Assembly (NCBI GenBank): GCA_964016885.1 | Contig: OZ024759.1 | Span: 27,032,001-27,096,000, forward strand | Origin: Eledone cirrhosa | Taxonomy: Eukaryota | DNA: 64,000 nt | Reading direction: 5' to 3' | Shown: positions 37,638 to 52,892 of the stretch, one piece after another | Position numbering within the stretch: the stretch's first letter is position 1 | Layout: each line of letters opens with the position of its first letter | Position numbers and translations under genes: made by a program | The notes under the pieces: model-generated | Database searches by the model: none | Told to the model about the DNA's origin: nothing | What the model saw: only the letters and a program-made list of their open reading frames with translations

Positions 37638-40253
37638 GATTAATTTTTACATCTGTCTGTGAACTCTTGAAAAAGCAACATACAATTGTCCAGGGTTAAA
37701 TACTTGCTCAGGGAGGAACAGACCCACTTTATCATGTATTTGACCATGGTTCTTGTTGATTGTCATGGCATATGACAGTCTTAATGGAAACTGGGGTCTT
37801 TCCAAAGTAAAAGGGATGTTGGCACCACTGGGGGATAACTTCAGTCTTGGGATCAAAACACACCTGCCCATGAAAGGACCATAGATATGAGAAGCTTTGA
37901 TAAAATGTTTATGCAGTTCTACTACTTCTAATCTTGTGCCATTACATAATCTGTTCTGGATTGAAATATTCCATAGAAGCATTATTATTGATCCTGCTTA
38001 TAATTGGAGTTTGTGAGGCGGCATCCCAGAAGGTGTAAGCAAGTTCATTTAGCTTGAACCAGGCAGCAAGGGTCCCTGCATTTCTACCACAACCTGAGCA
38101 TTGCCTCTTTGAAAGTAAACTCTGTTTGTTCTCCAGGTGTGTGGCTAGGCTGTACACTGTATGTGATGCACCATGAAGCTTAAATTCCGAGAGACACGAC
38201 ACTGCTTCTGGCTGAGACACATACCTGCAACAAAGATAGGTTCTTATTTCATCATGGTTGTGTTGGTTCTGAGCCTCATTAGGTAATGCATTATTCGTTA
38301 CTTCTATAGATGTACAATCATGCCCCATGTAACATATTTAAAGAGGTACTTGACACTTTTTACAGAAGCGCAAACTTCAACATTAATATGTGCACAATAT
38401 TTCTTAAGCAAAAAGGCATTAAATGGCATAACATTCCTGTTATCTACTGAATGTCATCCAATTTACACTGCAGTTCCTGTCTTGCACCTCCTGTACTCTG
38501 GGTATCCATTTAGGTTCAATAATGTTTCCCTTCTGTAGGTTTTTGGATAGTTCTTTTTGAAAAATCCATTTTGTATAAATGGGGGAAAAGGGTTTCCAGA
38601 ACCACATGGCCTGTGGATCATAAACTTTTAAACCTGCTCATGTAGTACTGGATCATCTTCCAATGCAGGTATTTCTGCTGACACGATTCTGTCAATGTCT
38701 TCTCTGTTTCTTATCTTGTCTTCATTTTTTAAGGCTCAGTGTTATCATCTGTTTAGATAATTCATTAAACCATTATACTCATCCACTCACAATTGGGCTT
38801 GATTGTTCCTCAAATATTGAAGCCTGCATCCCTCTACTTTCATATAGGCATCCACTAAATACTGCTAAAATAATTTACCTGCCCTATATATCGCACTAAA
38901 TCCTCCTCTATATGCTATACAGTATATGTAATACTCCTGCATTGTCAGTCTATTGCAAACACAGGTCCTACATTCCTCTCCATGGCACTATGCCACCAAA
39001 ATTCACCATTATCGGTCGGTCATGAGGTCCAAGTGGCATGAATTATGTGGTATTTTCTGAGGAGGATGGTCTTTAGGAAAGATGATAATATCTCTTTGTA
39101 CAGGTGGTGTGCCCTCAATCCCCCACAAAACAACAGCTATCATTACTAGTTGGTAAATTAGAGCAGCTCATATCTGATCCTCTTCTAAATCTTAATTCAC
39201 AGTTCTGTACACGACAATTTTCTCTTCTTGCACTTTGCTGTTTGAGATGAAACAAGATAGCAATGTCCATAACATTACATGTCAGAATTATTAGCCACAG
39301 GGGCAGAGATGTCCATAACATTACATGTCAGAATTATTAGCCACCGGGGCAGAGATGTCCATAACATTACATGTCAGAATTATTAGCCACAGGGGCAGAG
39401 ATGTCCATAACATTACATGACAGAATTATTAGCCACAGGGGCAGAGATGACCATAACATTACATGACAGATTTATTAGCCACAGGTGCAGAGATGACCAT
39501 AACATTACATGACAGAATTATTAACCACAGGGGCAGAGATGACCATAACATTACATGACAATTATTAGCCCCAGGAGCAGATATGTCCATAACATTACAT
39601 GACAGAGTTTCATCTCGCGCTCTCTCTCTCTCGTTTCATCTCGCTCTCTCTCTCTCTCGTTTCATCTCTGTCTTCCTCTCTCTCATTTCATCTCTGTCTT
39701 CCTCTCTCTCGTTCCATCTCTCTCTTCCTCTCTCTCGTTCCATCTCTCTCTTCCTCTCTCTCGTTTCATCACTCTCTCTCGTTTCATCTCTATTTCTCTC
39801 TCTCGTTTCATCTGTCTCTCTCTCTGTCGTTTCATCTCCCTCTATCTCTCTCTCGCTCTCTCATTTCATCTCTCTCTCCCTCTCGTTTCATCTCGCTGTC
39901 TCTCTCCTGTTTCATCTCGCTCTCTCTCTCCTGTTTCATCTCGCTCTCTAGTCTCGTTTCCTCTCTCTCTCATTTCATCTCGCTCTCTCTCTCTCATTTC
40001 ATCTCGCTCTCACTCTCTCTCATTTCATCTCGCTCTCTCTCTCTCATTTCATCTCGCTCTCACTCTCTCATTTCATCTCGCTCTCACTCTCTCTCATTTC
40101 ATCTCGCTCTCTCTCTCTCTCTCGTTTCATCTCGCTCTCTCTCTCTCATTTCATGTCGCTCTCACTCTCTCTCATTTCATCTCGCACTCACTCTCTCATT
40201 TCATCTCGCTCTCTCTCTCTCTCGTTTCATCTCGCTCTCTCTGTCTCATTTCA

Positions 40254-40290
<37 letters not shown>

Positions 40291-42642
40291 TCATCTCGCT
40301 CTCTCTCTCTCATTTCATCTCACTCTCTCTCTCTCTCGTTTCATCTCGCTCTCACTCTCTCATTTCATCTCGCTCTCTCTCTCTCGTTCCATCTTGCTCT
40401 CTCTCTCTCTTCCTCTCTCTCTTGTTTCAACACTCTAATCCCTCACTTGTTTCATCTCTCTCTAATCCCTCACTTGTTTCATCTCTCTCTTGTTTCAATT
40501 CGTTCTCTCTCTCTCTCTCTCTTTCTCTCCCCTCTCTCTTTCTCTCCCCTCTCTCTCTTGTTTCATCCCTCACCCTCTTGTTTCATCCCCCTCTCCCTCT
40601 TCCTCTCTCTCTCTTCCTCTCTCTCTCTTCCTCTCTCTCTCTCTTTCTCTCTCTCTCTTCCTCTCTCTCTCTCTTCCTCTCTCTCTCTCTCTTCCTCTCT
40701 CTCTCTCTTTCACACTCTATCTCCGACTCGTTTCATCACTCTCTCCCCTCTCTCCCCTCACCCTCTTGTTTCAACTCTCTCTTCGTTTCAACTCTCTCTC
40801 CTCTCGTTTCAACTCTCTCTCTCTCTCTCCTCTCGTTACAACTCTCTCTCTCTCTCCTCTCGTTTCAACTCTCTCTCTCTTTTCTCGTTTCAACTCTCTC
40901 CTCTCTTGTTTCAACTCTCTCACCTCTCGTTTCAACTCTTTCTCTCTGTGTCTCCAATGTGTAATAAACCGTGACTCATATATATATACCGAAGTATGTA
41001 CATAAACACATACATACACGCATGTGTATATATATATACATACATGTGTCTCTCTCTCTCTCCCTATATATATGTATATATGTATAAATATGTACATACA
41101 TATTAGTGTATATATATTGCTATCTATATGCATATTTGTATAATTATACTGTATGGTGAATTGGCAGTATCGGTAGAGGGTCTGACGCCATGCTTTCCAG
41201 CATAGTTACGTCCCTTTACGATCCGAGGTTAACTTTGCCTTTCATCCTTAAGGGGTCGATAAAATAAAGTACCAGTAATGTACTGGTTAATTGCTGGCCT
41301 TGTGCCTAAAGTAGAAACAATTATTAGTTCAAAGTGAAACCACCATCCTACCTGAAATATTATGTTATCATATTAAATATTTCTTATACTGTCATGTTTT
41401 TTCTTTAAAACGATTGCATCTCAATAAAGTGAAGAAAACTATTATATACTGTTGTTATATCATTATACTTTAGTTTTAACATTTCTATGTGTATAAATAT
41501 AATGTATGTAAGTGTGTTTGAAAATATATAATAATAATATGCATGTTTGAAGCAGGGTTCAACTGAAATATCTATACCAGTAACTTAATTAGTGTTACAC
41601 CTTAGGCATAAACTATTTGGCATTCTTTGAAGGAGGTACTAGGTTTTTCGCTTTCTTAAATGGAGTATACACGCGCACACGATGCATATATATAAATTGT
41701 TTTTCTCTGTACAAAGAGATTGACATCATTTCTTAAATCATTATTTAGGGTTTTACAACAAAACATATTGTATGTGTAATTATACAAATTGAATTTAAGT
41801 ATTTATTTTAAAATTTTACATACACTTTAGTAGTATCATCATCATCATCATCATCATTTTACGTCCGCTTTTCCCTCATTTGTGATGCCATGCATTGTAT
41901 TGTACACTTCGACATATGGATTATATTCATGCAACACCTCTCATATCATAGCCATTTTTTGTGGTGAGCAGTCATTATTTGTTGGGACTAGGGCAGTGGA
42001 TTGGCAGTATCGGTAGAGCGTCAGACACCATGCTTTGCAGCATAGGGTTATGGCCCTTTACGTTCTGGGTTCAAATCCCTCTAAGGTTGACTTTGTTTTC
42101 ATCCTTATGAGGTCGATAGAATAAAGTACCAGTAATTGCTGGCCTTGTGCCAGACAAAATTATTTGGTTGTACTTCCAATCTGTGCTACACACCTTCGTT
42201 CCCATCAATAATATATAACTGGCCATATTGTGGTGTATTTTCTGCAGGTTACAGAGATGGGTGTGTATTGATATGTTTGACCCTGAATATGAAATCTATA
42301 CGGGCCTCTGCCGGGTGGTAACACCAAATGAAGTGAAATAAATGTAGTTTTAATTGCAGATGTTTCTGTGAAATCAACTGCTTCCTGGCCTCTTTCAAAG
42401 AGATTTCTCAGTCTCTCAGGGTATATGTGCAATGGTGGCAACACTACCTTTCCTTTATTACAACAGTTACAATTTTCATTTCTAAATTTCAAAGCTCCAC
42501 AGTGATCACACGAAACATTCATATCACTAATATGAAATTCTTCTACATTTCCATTAATATTAATTGTTGGCCAATTTCTCTTACGACGCTCATTATCCAT
42601 TCTTCTCTGTCTGAATGTTTTCCATTCTAAGTCTATTTGCAT
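37638..42642 (-). pseudogene. Helitron Rep/Hel pseudogene split by the 2.6-kb insert and a SINE
   Basis: N-part 41883-42642 (CDHC..CCNKGKV) and Rep/helicase part 37638-39245 are collinear on the minus strand. Confidence 0.95.
39246..41882. mobile_element. 2637-bp insert of unknown class within the Helitron (46-bp array, CT block, TA/CA tract, SINE, AT-rich DNA)
   Basis: Flanked by TGA at 39243-39245 and 41883-41885; the empty site ctgtttgatgcc at 61471-61482 has a single TGA. No terminal inverted repeat or poly-A seen. Confidence 0.75.
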
Positions 42643-42748
42643 GGAATAATTATATTCTGTTGTTTATTATGTAATTAAATAGCTCTGTACAATACATAGA
42701 GCATTCTTCTTTTCTTTACCTTTTCTATGGAAATACAAGAACAAACAG

Positions 42749-42780
<32 letters not shown>

Positions 42781-45700
42781 ATATACATAAACAAGACTGT
42801 TATTGCTCCAACCAGTCTATTTACCTTTGATAACTATCCTAAATATAAATACACCTATACCATACATACACATATCATATATGTTTTTGATGCCGTGGTA
42901 TAGCAGAGATAAGCAAGAAGAGAAAAGAAAATGAAAATGAGAAAAAAAAAGAAGTAAGAAGTCGGGGGAGGGACAGACACTTCACTCCTGTCGTCTTTCC
43001 TCCCGACTTTATGGAGGAAATCAGCAGTACAGGGACCAAGTATGGCAGAGGTCTCAATGGAGTGGAAGAGGTGAGTCAGGCCTTGGTACTATCTTACTAT
43101 CCTTTGCATTGCGGGGTGTGGAGCCTAGGTTTGTGGCTGTAGCTATATTTGAACTTTTATATGAAATTTCAGTTTTATATTTTTCACATCTTAAAACTTA
43201 ATCTTAGTCTTTTGCAGCTCATCTTGTTTCATCTCGGAGCACACGATTTGGGAACCACTGCTCTAGAGTTAGAAAAAGTATATTTTATGCAGGGCTTCCC
43301 TGAGACATAAAAACTATTTCAAGAGATCGACATGGGTAGAAAGGTTGAGAAATGCTGCACAATGTTCTTTGGTTTTTGTTCACCTTTAAATAATCATGTA
43401 TAAAATATCGGGTGTGCAAGATTTCATGAAAAGGTATAACATTATTTATGCTGATCTTGCAGGAACTAGCTCCAATTGAGAGTTGTACCAATTCCCACTA
43501 AACTCGAAACTCCTGGACAATATATACATATCTTTATAAGTTCCTGTGTATTGTGTCGTTGTATAATGAAACATAAATATATACCATGCATGTCAGTCAG
43601 ATTTGAACTCACTATATTTGGCGTTTTATAGATATAATTTGTTTGTTAAAACAATTGATTAAATAATAACTAAATAAAATTAATTCTACAATCCTGGATA
43701 GGGAATGAACTTATAACTTCATAATAGAAGCCATCTATTCGAGCAGTATTGCCATCTAAGCCACCAGGTTACTTACAGAACTTCATTCAAATATAAAATA
43801 TATGCCAGACATAGTGAGTTCGAATCTGACTGATTAGTTGGTCATTGTCCCAGCCAACAGTTTAAATCGCCAACCAGTAGGTGACATCGACTAGGTTGGG
43901 AAAACTTGGTTAAGTAGCTCCAGTTATTGCTACGTTAGACATATTCAAGACTTATCGACACCGAATGGAAGAAAGGTAAAGTTGAACTCAGAGTAAAGAA
44001 CTGGAAAAATACTGCAAAGAATTCTATCTGATGTTCTAACAATTCTACCAAATTACCTTATGTATATATATTTATATCTAGAGATAAGAAGAAAACTGAA
44101 AGAAAGAAAAATGAGACCTTATATGTAACCCATGACCAGGATTGAAACCGAAACCATGACTACCACCATCTCTGGTATCACCCACCAGACCACCATGAAA
44201 GATACAAACATCTGCTTTTTTAATATTTATAAGCCTACTTTCAATATTAAAGTAATTAACATGTGGTGTTGTTCATGCCTTTCTCTATGTTATTGGTAAA
44301 AAATAAAGTATTTAAACCTCAAATTTTGTTATTCAAATATGCTTGCTTATGTAATTATAAATGTCGCAGAATACACACACATATATAGATGTGAAAATAT
44401 TCAGGACCCCAACGGCTGTGCTACTGCCGTTTCGACATCTATATATATATCTTTTAGTCCTAGGCTCTTTCAGCGCAGAAAGAATTCTCCAATGATCACA
44501 ACCAGCTAATGGTGCCCAGTGGAAGCACTTTAGTCTAATTATAACCCCAACGATCACGATTAGCGGCGGCTTTTTCGAGTCTGAGGTTGACTGCCAGATA
44601 TATATATATATCTATATATATATATATATTTTTTTATACTTTGCTAGAATCCCGGAGAACAACAGAAAGATGCTGAGTTCAGAGTTTAAAAAACATGTCC
44701 CCCTTTAATATAAAAACAATCCGAGTCTTGTAAAAGTGTTATTACTGTAATATAAAGTAGAAACCCTTTATTTAAACAAAGCTGAGATGCAGCGATCATC
44801 AAAGCAAACCCCAAAATGTAAACAAACTTCTCGCAGGTGCTGGCAGATACACGATAACATGTGTATACGAAGTGTAACAGGGAGTTGGGTCGTATTATAT
44901 GACTTTCAAATTGACCCCTATTATATTCAAATTATCCCCTGTGGGGCGTGCACCCCACGTTGAGAATCCCTCATAAATAAATATATGTGAGTGTGTTGCT
45001 ATGACTGCTATTTCTAGCAGGTTTACTGCAGTCCTGTAGACGCACAACAAAAACCGGAAGTGGCAGCCATTAAAAAACTTTGGCTTAAAATCAGGCAAAA
45101 GTTTTTTAACAATTTGCCAAGAAAGATAACTCTTGTCTTACTTAATCGCAAAAATCGAGGCAAAAAATTTTGCGGGTGTGCAGTTTGTTTGGTGTATTTG
45201 ACTGCTATTTCTAGCATATATGGACACTTTAGAAATAGCAGCGAAACACGGGAAACATAAGAAAGAAGGACACACACGTATATATATATACATATATATA
45301 TGCACAGATATATACATTTAAATATATATATTTATATATACATACACGCGCGCACACACACCTATACGTAGATATGGGTGTGTGTATAGCTGGTATATAT
45401 ATATATGTATGGGTGAGTGTATAGCTGGTATATATATATAGGTGTGTGTCCTTCTTTCTGCTGTTTTCCGTTTTTCGCTGCTATTTCTAAAGTGTCCATA
45501 CATGCTAGAAATAGCAGTCATAGCAACACACTCACATATATTTATTTATGAGGGATTCTCAACGTGGGGTGCACGCCCCACAGGGGATAATTTGAATATC
45601 CCCCTCTTTATATCAATTAGCACTAACTCTCTCCCTCTCTATATCTACTACACGGCACTCTCTTCCAATACCCCTCTCTATATGAAGTAACACCAAACTC

Positions 45701-46415
45701 TCCCCCTCTCTATATATTAAGCACTAAGTCAGGAATTTTTTTCTTCTTTCGTGCAGAGAGAGTAAAGTTGATTAAATCTACTGCAGTGAATTACTGGTAT
45801 TTTATTTAATAAAAATTAAAATTTACTATTTGTCTTCGTTTAATTTTCGTTTTTCTTTACATAGTTTCGTTTCGTTAAATGTCTCCAGAATTTGTTTTTA
45901 CTTTTACCGGATATTGAAGGTGTAAACTTGGTGTTGTCTAGAAACGTGTTAGAAATATTTTTCTTTTAATTGTGAAGAATTTAACCGCAAAGTAAGTTTT
46001 TTTTACTGTTTATTTGTGGCTGGGACAACGTATGGTATGTGTTAATGTAAATGGTGAAGGTTTAAAGATTCTTTTTACAACTGAAAATCAGTTTGTTGTT
46101 GCTGCTAATTACTTAACGCATGGAATAGATTAAAAAAATACAGGATTGTTTCTCGGAAGAGAGAAAGAAGAAACAACAAATCACAGAAGCGGGTAGCACA
46201 CACATTTGGGACCACATACAACACAAAAACAGGTAATCCACACATCTGGGACCACATACAACACACCAGCAGGTAATACATACATCTAGGACCACATAAG
46301 CAGGTAATACACACATCTAGGACCACATACAACACACAAGCAGGTAATACACACATCTAGGACGACATACAACCAAAGGCAGGCGAAAGGGGTGGACAAA
46401 CGAGCTGCTACTAGA

Positions 46416-46675
46416 TCAAAAGATAACAGTATCGCGAGGAGCACTGGGAAACCTCTCTAATGATTTTTTTAGGCAAGCCAGCACGTCTGCAGCGTTACCT
46501 CGGGCGATGGCGAGGCTGAGGAGCTGGAACAACCAAGTGCCCTCACGAGCTTCACCAGTCACCTTCGTCAGGCTAGCCGCCAGTGAAGATAGGAATCTCG
46601 CAGTCAGTATCCCGACTCCCCCAAACGCCACAGGCTGGAAAATGTAGTTGGCCGACAGATCACAGTATTACTTAA
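46416..46675 (-). mobile_element. CRE-like endonuclease tail, copy 3
   Basis: ORF 46416..46631. Confidence 0.85.
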
Positions 46676-47750
46676 CAGTGATAGATATTCTGTCTAAAGG
46701 AGGGGCGTGCAACAGGCGGCCCGCGGGCCACAATCGAGCCCACCTGACCAGTCAGAGTGGCCCGCAATGACTCTTGTAGGCTTATTTAGAATTTTTTCCA
46801 TACCCGTAATACTTCTGTTAGTTGACCTATACTAAAGGACTTCACTGATAGGGTTATATGTGTTATAATTTCCCAGTTGACCTATACTAAAGGACTTCAC
46901 TGATAGGGTTATATGTGTTATAGTTTCCCAGTTGACCTATACTAAAGGGCTTCACTGATAGAGTTATATGTGTTATAGTTTCCCAGAGGGCTTCACTGAT
47001 AGGGTTATATGTGTTATAGTTTCCCAGTTGACCTATACTAAAGGACTTCACTGATAGGGTTATATGTGTTATAGTTTCCCAGTTGACCTATACTAAAGGA
47101 CTTCACTGATAGGGTTATATGTGTTATCGTTTCCCAGTTGACCTATACTAAAGGGCTTCACTGATAGAGTTATATGTGTTATAGTTTGAAACAAACTACC
47201 TGCATCAGTTATTATACTTTTATAACACCGCTATATTACCTACATGAAAGAGGTAAATATTTATTTCTCTTGTCTTCTTAAATGTATAGAACATTTTTCT
47301 TATATATATTCTTAACATAGCTAGGACCGTTTATTATTTACTAGTCTCTACTCCTAGGACTTTGCTGGTCTCATGTCCCCTCCATCAACACACACTCGGT
47401 AGAAAGCTGGTCGTCGGATGTAAAGTGGCCCTGATTACAGGTCTAGTATTGAAGCCTTTCGGCTTGAGCCTTGCTGATGCCGACACAGTTCCTGTGGTAG
47501 TTTTGGTAGCACAGGTGACATTTTATTGTGTTTAGGTACCGGCTAGTGCGGACACAGAGAGCACAACCAGGTGGTGAGCTGGCAACGACCAAGTGTAGAG
47601 GGCCAGCTTTGAAATTCGAGCGACGGAGTGAACTAGTAAAAGAGGCAGGGTAAGCAGCATTGGTTCTAACGGTGGGACTAGAACGGAGGTTGGGTGGTGC
47701 TGGGGGTGGGCTAACAGCTAACAGTTGTAGGAGTGGTGGGGGTTTGCTAG

Positions 47751-50366
47751 GATTAATTTTTACATCTGTCTGTGAACTCTTGAAAAAGCAACATACAATT
47801 GTCCAGGGTTAAATACTTGCTCAGGGAGGAACAGACCCACTTTATCATGTATTTGACCATGGTTCTTGTTGATTGTCATGGCATATGACAGTCTTAATGG
47901 AAACTGGGGTCTTTCCAAAGTAAAAGGGATGTTGGCACCACTGGGGGATAACTTCAGTCTTGGGATCAAAACACACCTGCCCATCAAAGGACCATAGATA
48001 TGAGAAGCTTTGATAAAATGTTTATGCAGTTCTACTACTTCTAATCTTGTGCCATTACATAATCTGTTCTGGATTGAAATATTCCATAGAAGCATTATTA
48101 TTGATCCTGCTTATAATTGGAGTTTGTGAGGCGGCATCCCAGAAGGTGTAAGCAAGTTCATTTAGCTTGAACCAGGCAGCAAGGGTCCCTGCATTTCTAC
48201 CACAACCTGAGCATTGCCTCTTTGAAAGTAAACTCTGTTTGTTCTCCAGGTGTGTGGCTAGGCTGTATACTGTATGTGATGTACCATGAAGCTTAAATTC
48301 CGAGAGACACGACACTGCTTCTGGCTGAGACACATACCTGCAACAAAGATAGGTTCTTATTTCATCATGGTTGTGTTGGTTCTGAGCCTCATTAGGTAAT
48401 GCATTATTCGTTACTTCTATAGATGTACAATCATGCCCCATGTAACATATTTAAAGAGGTACTTGACACTTTTTACAGAAGCGCAAACTTCAACATTAAT
48501 ATGTGCACAATATTTCTTAAGCAAAAAGGCATTAAATGGCATAACATTCCTGTTATCTACTGAATGTCATCCAATTTACACTGCAGTTCCTGTCTTGCAC
48601 CTCCTGTACTCTGGGTATCCATTTAGGTTCAATAATGTTTCCCTTCTGTAGGTTTTTGGATAGTTCTTTTTGAAAAATCCATTTTGTATAAATGGGGGAA
48701 AAGGGTTTCCAGAACCACATGGCCTGTGGATCATAAACTTTTAAACCTGCTCATGTAGTACTGGATCATCTTCCAATGCAGGTATTTCTGCTGACACGAT
48801 TCTGTCAATGTCTTCTCTGTTTCTTATCTTGTCTTCATTTTTTAAGGCTCAGTGTTATCATCTGTTTAGATAATTCATTAAACCATTATACTCATCCACT
48901 CACAATTGGGCTTGATTGTTCCTCAAATATTGAAGCCTGCATCCCTCTACTTTCATATAGGCATCCACTAAATACTGCTAAAATAATTTACCTGCCCTAT
49001 ATATCGCACTAAATCCTCCTCTATATGCTATACAGTATATGTAATACTCCTGCATTGTCAGTCTATTGCAAACACAGGTCCTACATTCCTCTCCATGTCA
49101 CTATGCCACCAAAATTCACCATTATGGGTCGGTCATGAGGTCCAAGTGGCATGAATTATGTGGTATTTTCTGAGGAGGATGGTCTTTAGGAAAGATGATA
49201 ATATCTCTTTGTACAGGTGGTGTGCCCTCAATCCCCCACAAAACAACAGCTATCATTACTAGTTGGTAAATTAGAGCAGCTCATATCTGATCCTCTTCTA
49301 AATCTTAATTCACAGTTCTGTACACGACAATTTTCTCTTCTTGCACTTTGCTGTTTGAGATGAAACAAGATAGCAATGTCCATAACATTACATGTCAGAA
49401 TTATTAGCCACAGGGGCAGAGATGTCCATAACATTACATGTCAGAATTATTAGCCACCGGGGCAGAGATGTCCATAACATTACATGTCAGAATTATTAGC
49501 CACAGGGGCAGAGATGTCCATAACATTACATGACAGAATTATTAGCCACAGGGGCAGAGATGACCATAACATTACATGACAGATTTATTAGCCACAGGTG
49601 CAGAGATGACCATAACATTACATGACAGAATTATTAACCACAGGGGCAGAGATGACCATAACATTACATGACAATTATTAGCCCCAGGGGCAGATATGTC
49701 CATAACATTACATGACAGAGTTTCATCTCGCGCTCTCTCTCTCTCGTTTCATCTCGCTCTCTCTCTCTCTCGTTTCATCTCTGTCTTCCTCTCTCTCATT
49801 TCATCTCTGTCTTCCTCTCTCTCGTTCCATCTCTCTCTTCCTCTCTCTCGTTCCATCTCTCTCTTCCTCTCTCTCGTTTCATCACTCTCTCTCGTTTCAT
49901 CTCTATTTCTCTCTCTCGTTTCATCTGTCTCTCTCTCTGTCGTTTCATCTCCCTCTATCTCTCTCTCGCTCTCTCATTTCATCTCTCTCTCCCTCTCGTT
50001 TCATCTCGCTCTCTCTCTCCTGTTTCATCTCGCTCTCTCTCTCCTGTTTCATCTCGCTCTCTAGTCTCGTTTCCTCTCTCTCTCATTTCATCTCGCTCTC
50101 TCTCTCTCATTTCATCTCGCTCTCACTCTCTCTCATTTCATCTCGCTCTCTCTCTCTCATTTCATCTCGCTCTCACTCTCTCATTTCATCTCGCTCTCAC
50201 TCTCTCTCATTTCATCTCGCTCTCTCTCTCTCTCTCGTTTCATCTCGCTCTCTCTCTCTCATTTCATGTCGCTCTCACTCTCTCTCATTTCATCTCGCAC
50301 TCACTCTCTCATTTCATCTCGCTCTCTCTCTCTCTCGTTTCATCTCGCTCTCTCTGTCTCATTTCA

Positions 50367-50398
<32 letters not shown>

Positions 50399-52754
50399 GT
50401 TTCATCTCGCTCTCTCTCTCTCTCATTTCATCTCACTCTCTCTCTCTCTCGTTTCATCTCGCTCTCACTCTCTCATTTCATCTCGCTCTCTCTCTCTCGT
50501 TCCATCTTGCTCTCTCTCTCTCTTCCTCTCTCTCTTGTTTCAACACTCTAATCCCTCACTTGTTTCATCTCTCTCTAATCCCTCACTTGTTTCATCTCTC
50601 TCTTGTTTCAATTCGTTCTCTCTCTCTCTCTCTCTTTCTCTCCCCTCTCTCTTTCTCTCCCCTCTCTCTCTTGTTTCATCCCTCACCCTCTTGTTTCATC
50701 CCCCTCTCCCTCTTCCTCTCTCTCTCTTCCTCTCTCTCTCTTCCTCTCTCTCTCTCTTTCTCTCTCTCTCTTCCTCTCTCTCTCTCTTCCTCTCTCTCTC
50801 TCTCTTCCTCTCTCTCTCTCTTTCACACTCTATCTCCGACTCGTTTCATCACTCTCTCCCCTCTCTCCCCTCACCCTCTTGTTTCAACTCTCTCTTCGTT
50901 TCAACTCTCTCTCCTCTCGTTTCAACTCTCTCTCTCTCTCTCCTCTCGTTACAACTCTCTCTCTCTCTCCTCTCGTTTCAACTCTCTCTCTCTTTTCTCG
51001 TTTCAACTCTCTCCTCTCTTGTTTCAACTCTCTCACCTCTCGTTTCAACTCTTTCTCTCTGTGTCTCCAATGTGTAATAAACCGTGACTCATATATATAT
51101 ACCGAAGTATGTACATAAACACATACATACACGCATGTGTATATATATATACATACATGTGTCTCTCTCTCTCTCCCTATATATATGTATATATGTATAA
51201 ATATGTACATACATATTAGTGTATATATATTGCTATCTATATGCATATTTGTATAATTATACTGTATGGTGAATTGGCAGTATCGGTAGAGGGTCTGACG
51301 CCATGCTTTCCAGCATAGTTACGTCCCTTTACGATCCGAGGTTAACTTTGCCTTTCATCCTTAAGGGGTCGATAAAATAAAGTACCAGTATGTACTGGTT
51401 AATTGCTGGCCTTGTGCCTAAAGTAGAAACAATTATTAGTTCAAAGTGAAACCACCATCCTACCTGAAATATTATGTTATCATATTAAATATTTCTTATA
51501 CTGTCATGTTTTTTCTTTAAAACGATTGCATCTCAATAAAGTGAAGAAAACTATTATATACTGTTGTTATATCATTATACTTTAGTTTTAACATTTCTAT
51601 GTGTATAAATATAATGTATGTAAGTGTGTTTGAAAATATATAATAATAATATGCATGTTTGAAGCAGGGTTCAACTGAAATATCTATACCAGTAACTTAA
51701 TTAGTGTTACACCTTAGGCATAAACTATTTGGCATTCTTTGAAGGAGGTACTAGGTTTTTCGCTTTCTTAAATGGAGTATACACGCGCACACGATGCATA
51801 TATATAAATTGTTTTTCTCTGTACAAAGAGATTGACATCATTTCTTAAATCATTATTTAGGGTTTTACAACAAAACATATTGTATGTGTAATTATACAAA
51901 TTGAATTTAAGTATTTATTTTAAAATTTTACATACACTTTAGTAGTATCATCATCATCATCATCATCATTTTACGTCCGCTTTTCCCTCATTTGTGATGC
52001 CATGCATTGTATTGTACACTTCGACATATGGATTATATTCATGCAACACCTCTCATATCATAGCCATTTTTTGTGGTGAGCAGTCATTATTTGTTGGGAC
52101 TAGGGCAGTGGATTGGCAGTATCGGTAGAGCGTCAGACACCATGCTTTGCAGCATAGGGTTATGGCCCTTTACGTTCTGGGTTCAAATCCCTCTAAGGTT
52201 GACTTTGTTTTCATCCTTATGAGGTCGATAGAATAAAGTACCAGTAATTGCTGGCCTTGTGCCAGACAAAATTATTTGGTTGTACTTCCAATCTGTGCTA
52301 CACACCTTCGTTCCCATCAATAATATATAACTGGCCATATTGTGGTGTATTTTCTGCAGGTTACAGAGATGGGTGTGTATTGATATGTTTGACCCTGAAT
52401 ATGAAATCTATACGGGCCTCTGCCGGGTGGTAACACCAAATGAAGTGAAATAAATGTAGTTTTAATTGCAGATGTTTCTGTGAAATCAACTGCTTCCTGG
52501 CCTCTTTCAAAGAGATTTCTCAGTCTCTCAGGGTATATTTGCAATGGTGGCAACACTACCTTTCCTTTATTACAACAGTTACAATTTTCATTTCTAAATT
52601 TCAAAGCTCCACAGTGATCACACGAAACATTCATATCACTAATATGAAATTCTTCTACATTTCCATTAATATTAATTGTTGGCCAATTTCTCTTACGACG
52701 CTCATTATCCATTCTTCTCTGTCTGAATGTTTTCCATTCTAAGTCTATTTGCAT
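47751..52754 (-). pseudogene. Helitron Rep/Hel pseudogene split by the insert (49359-51994)
   Basis: ORFs 47760..48095, 48055..48441 and 52317..52754. Confidence 0.95.
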
Positions 52755-52860
52755 GGAATAATTATATTCTGTTGTTTATTATGTAATTAAATAGCTCTGT
52801 ACAATACATAGAGCATTCTTCTTTTCTTTACCTTTTCTATGGAAATACAAGAACAAACAG

Positions 52861-52892
<32 letters not shown>

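Larger units (their letters stand above)
26730..40531 (+). repeat. Near-identical direct copy of 1-14217
   Basis: Matching ORF series (64/26793, 2557/29320, 11325/37647, 13261/39583); differences in hairpin-unit number and inverted-repeat structure. Confidence 0.95.
39246..49358 (+). repeat. 10,113-bp macro-repeat unit
   Basis: ORF offsets 39583/49696 and 37647/47760 are both 10113. Confidence 0.95.

Noticed and set aside
36587-43258. hAT left end (36587) pairing with hAT right end (43258) as one element carrying the Helitron
   Set aside because: The termini (GAGGGGCGTGCAAC versus CAGTGGTTCCCAAA) and the 8-bp flanks (gtctaaag versus ctctagag) do not match.
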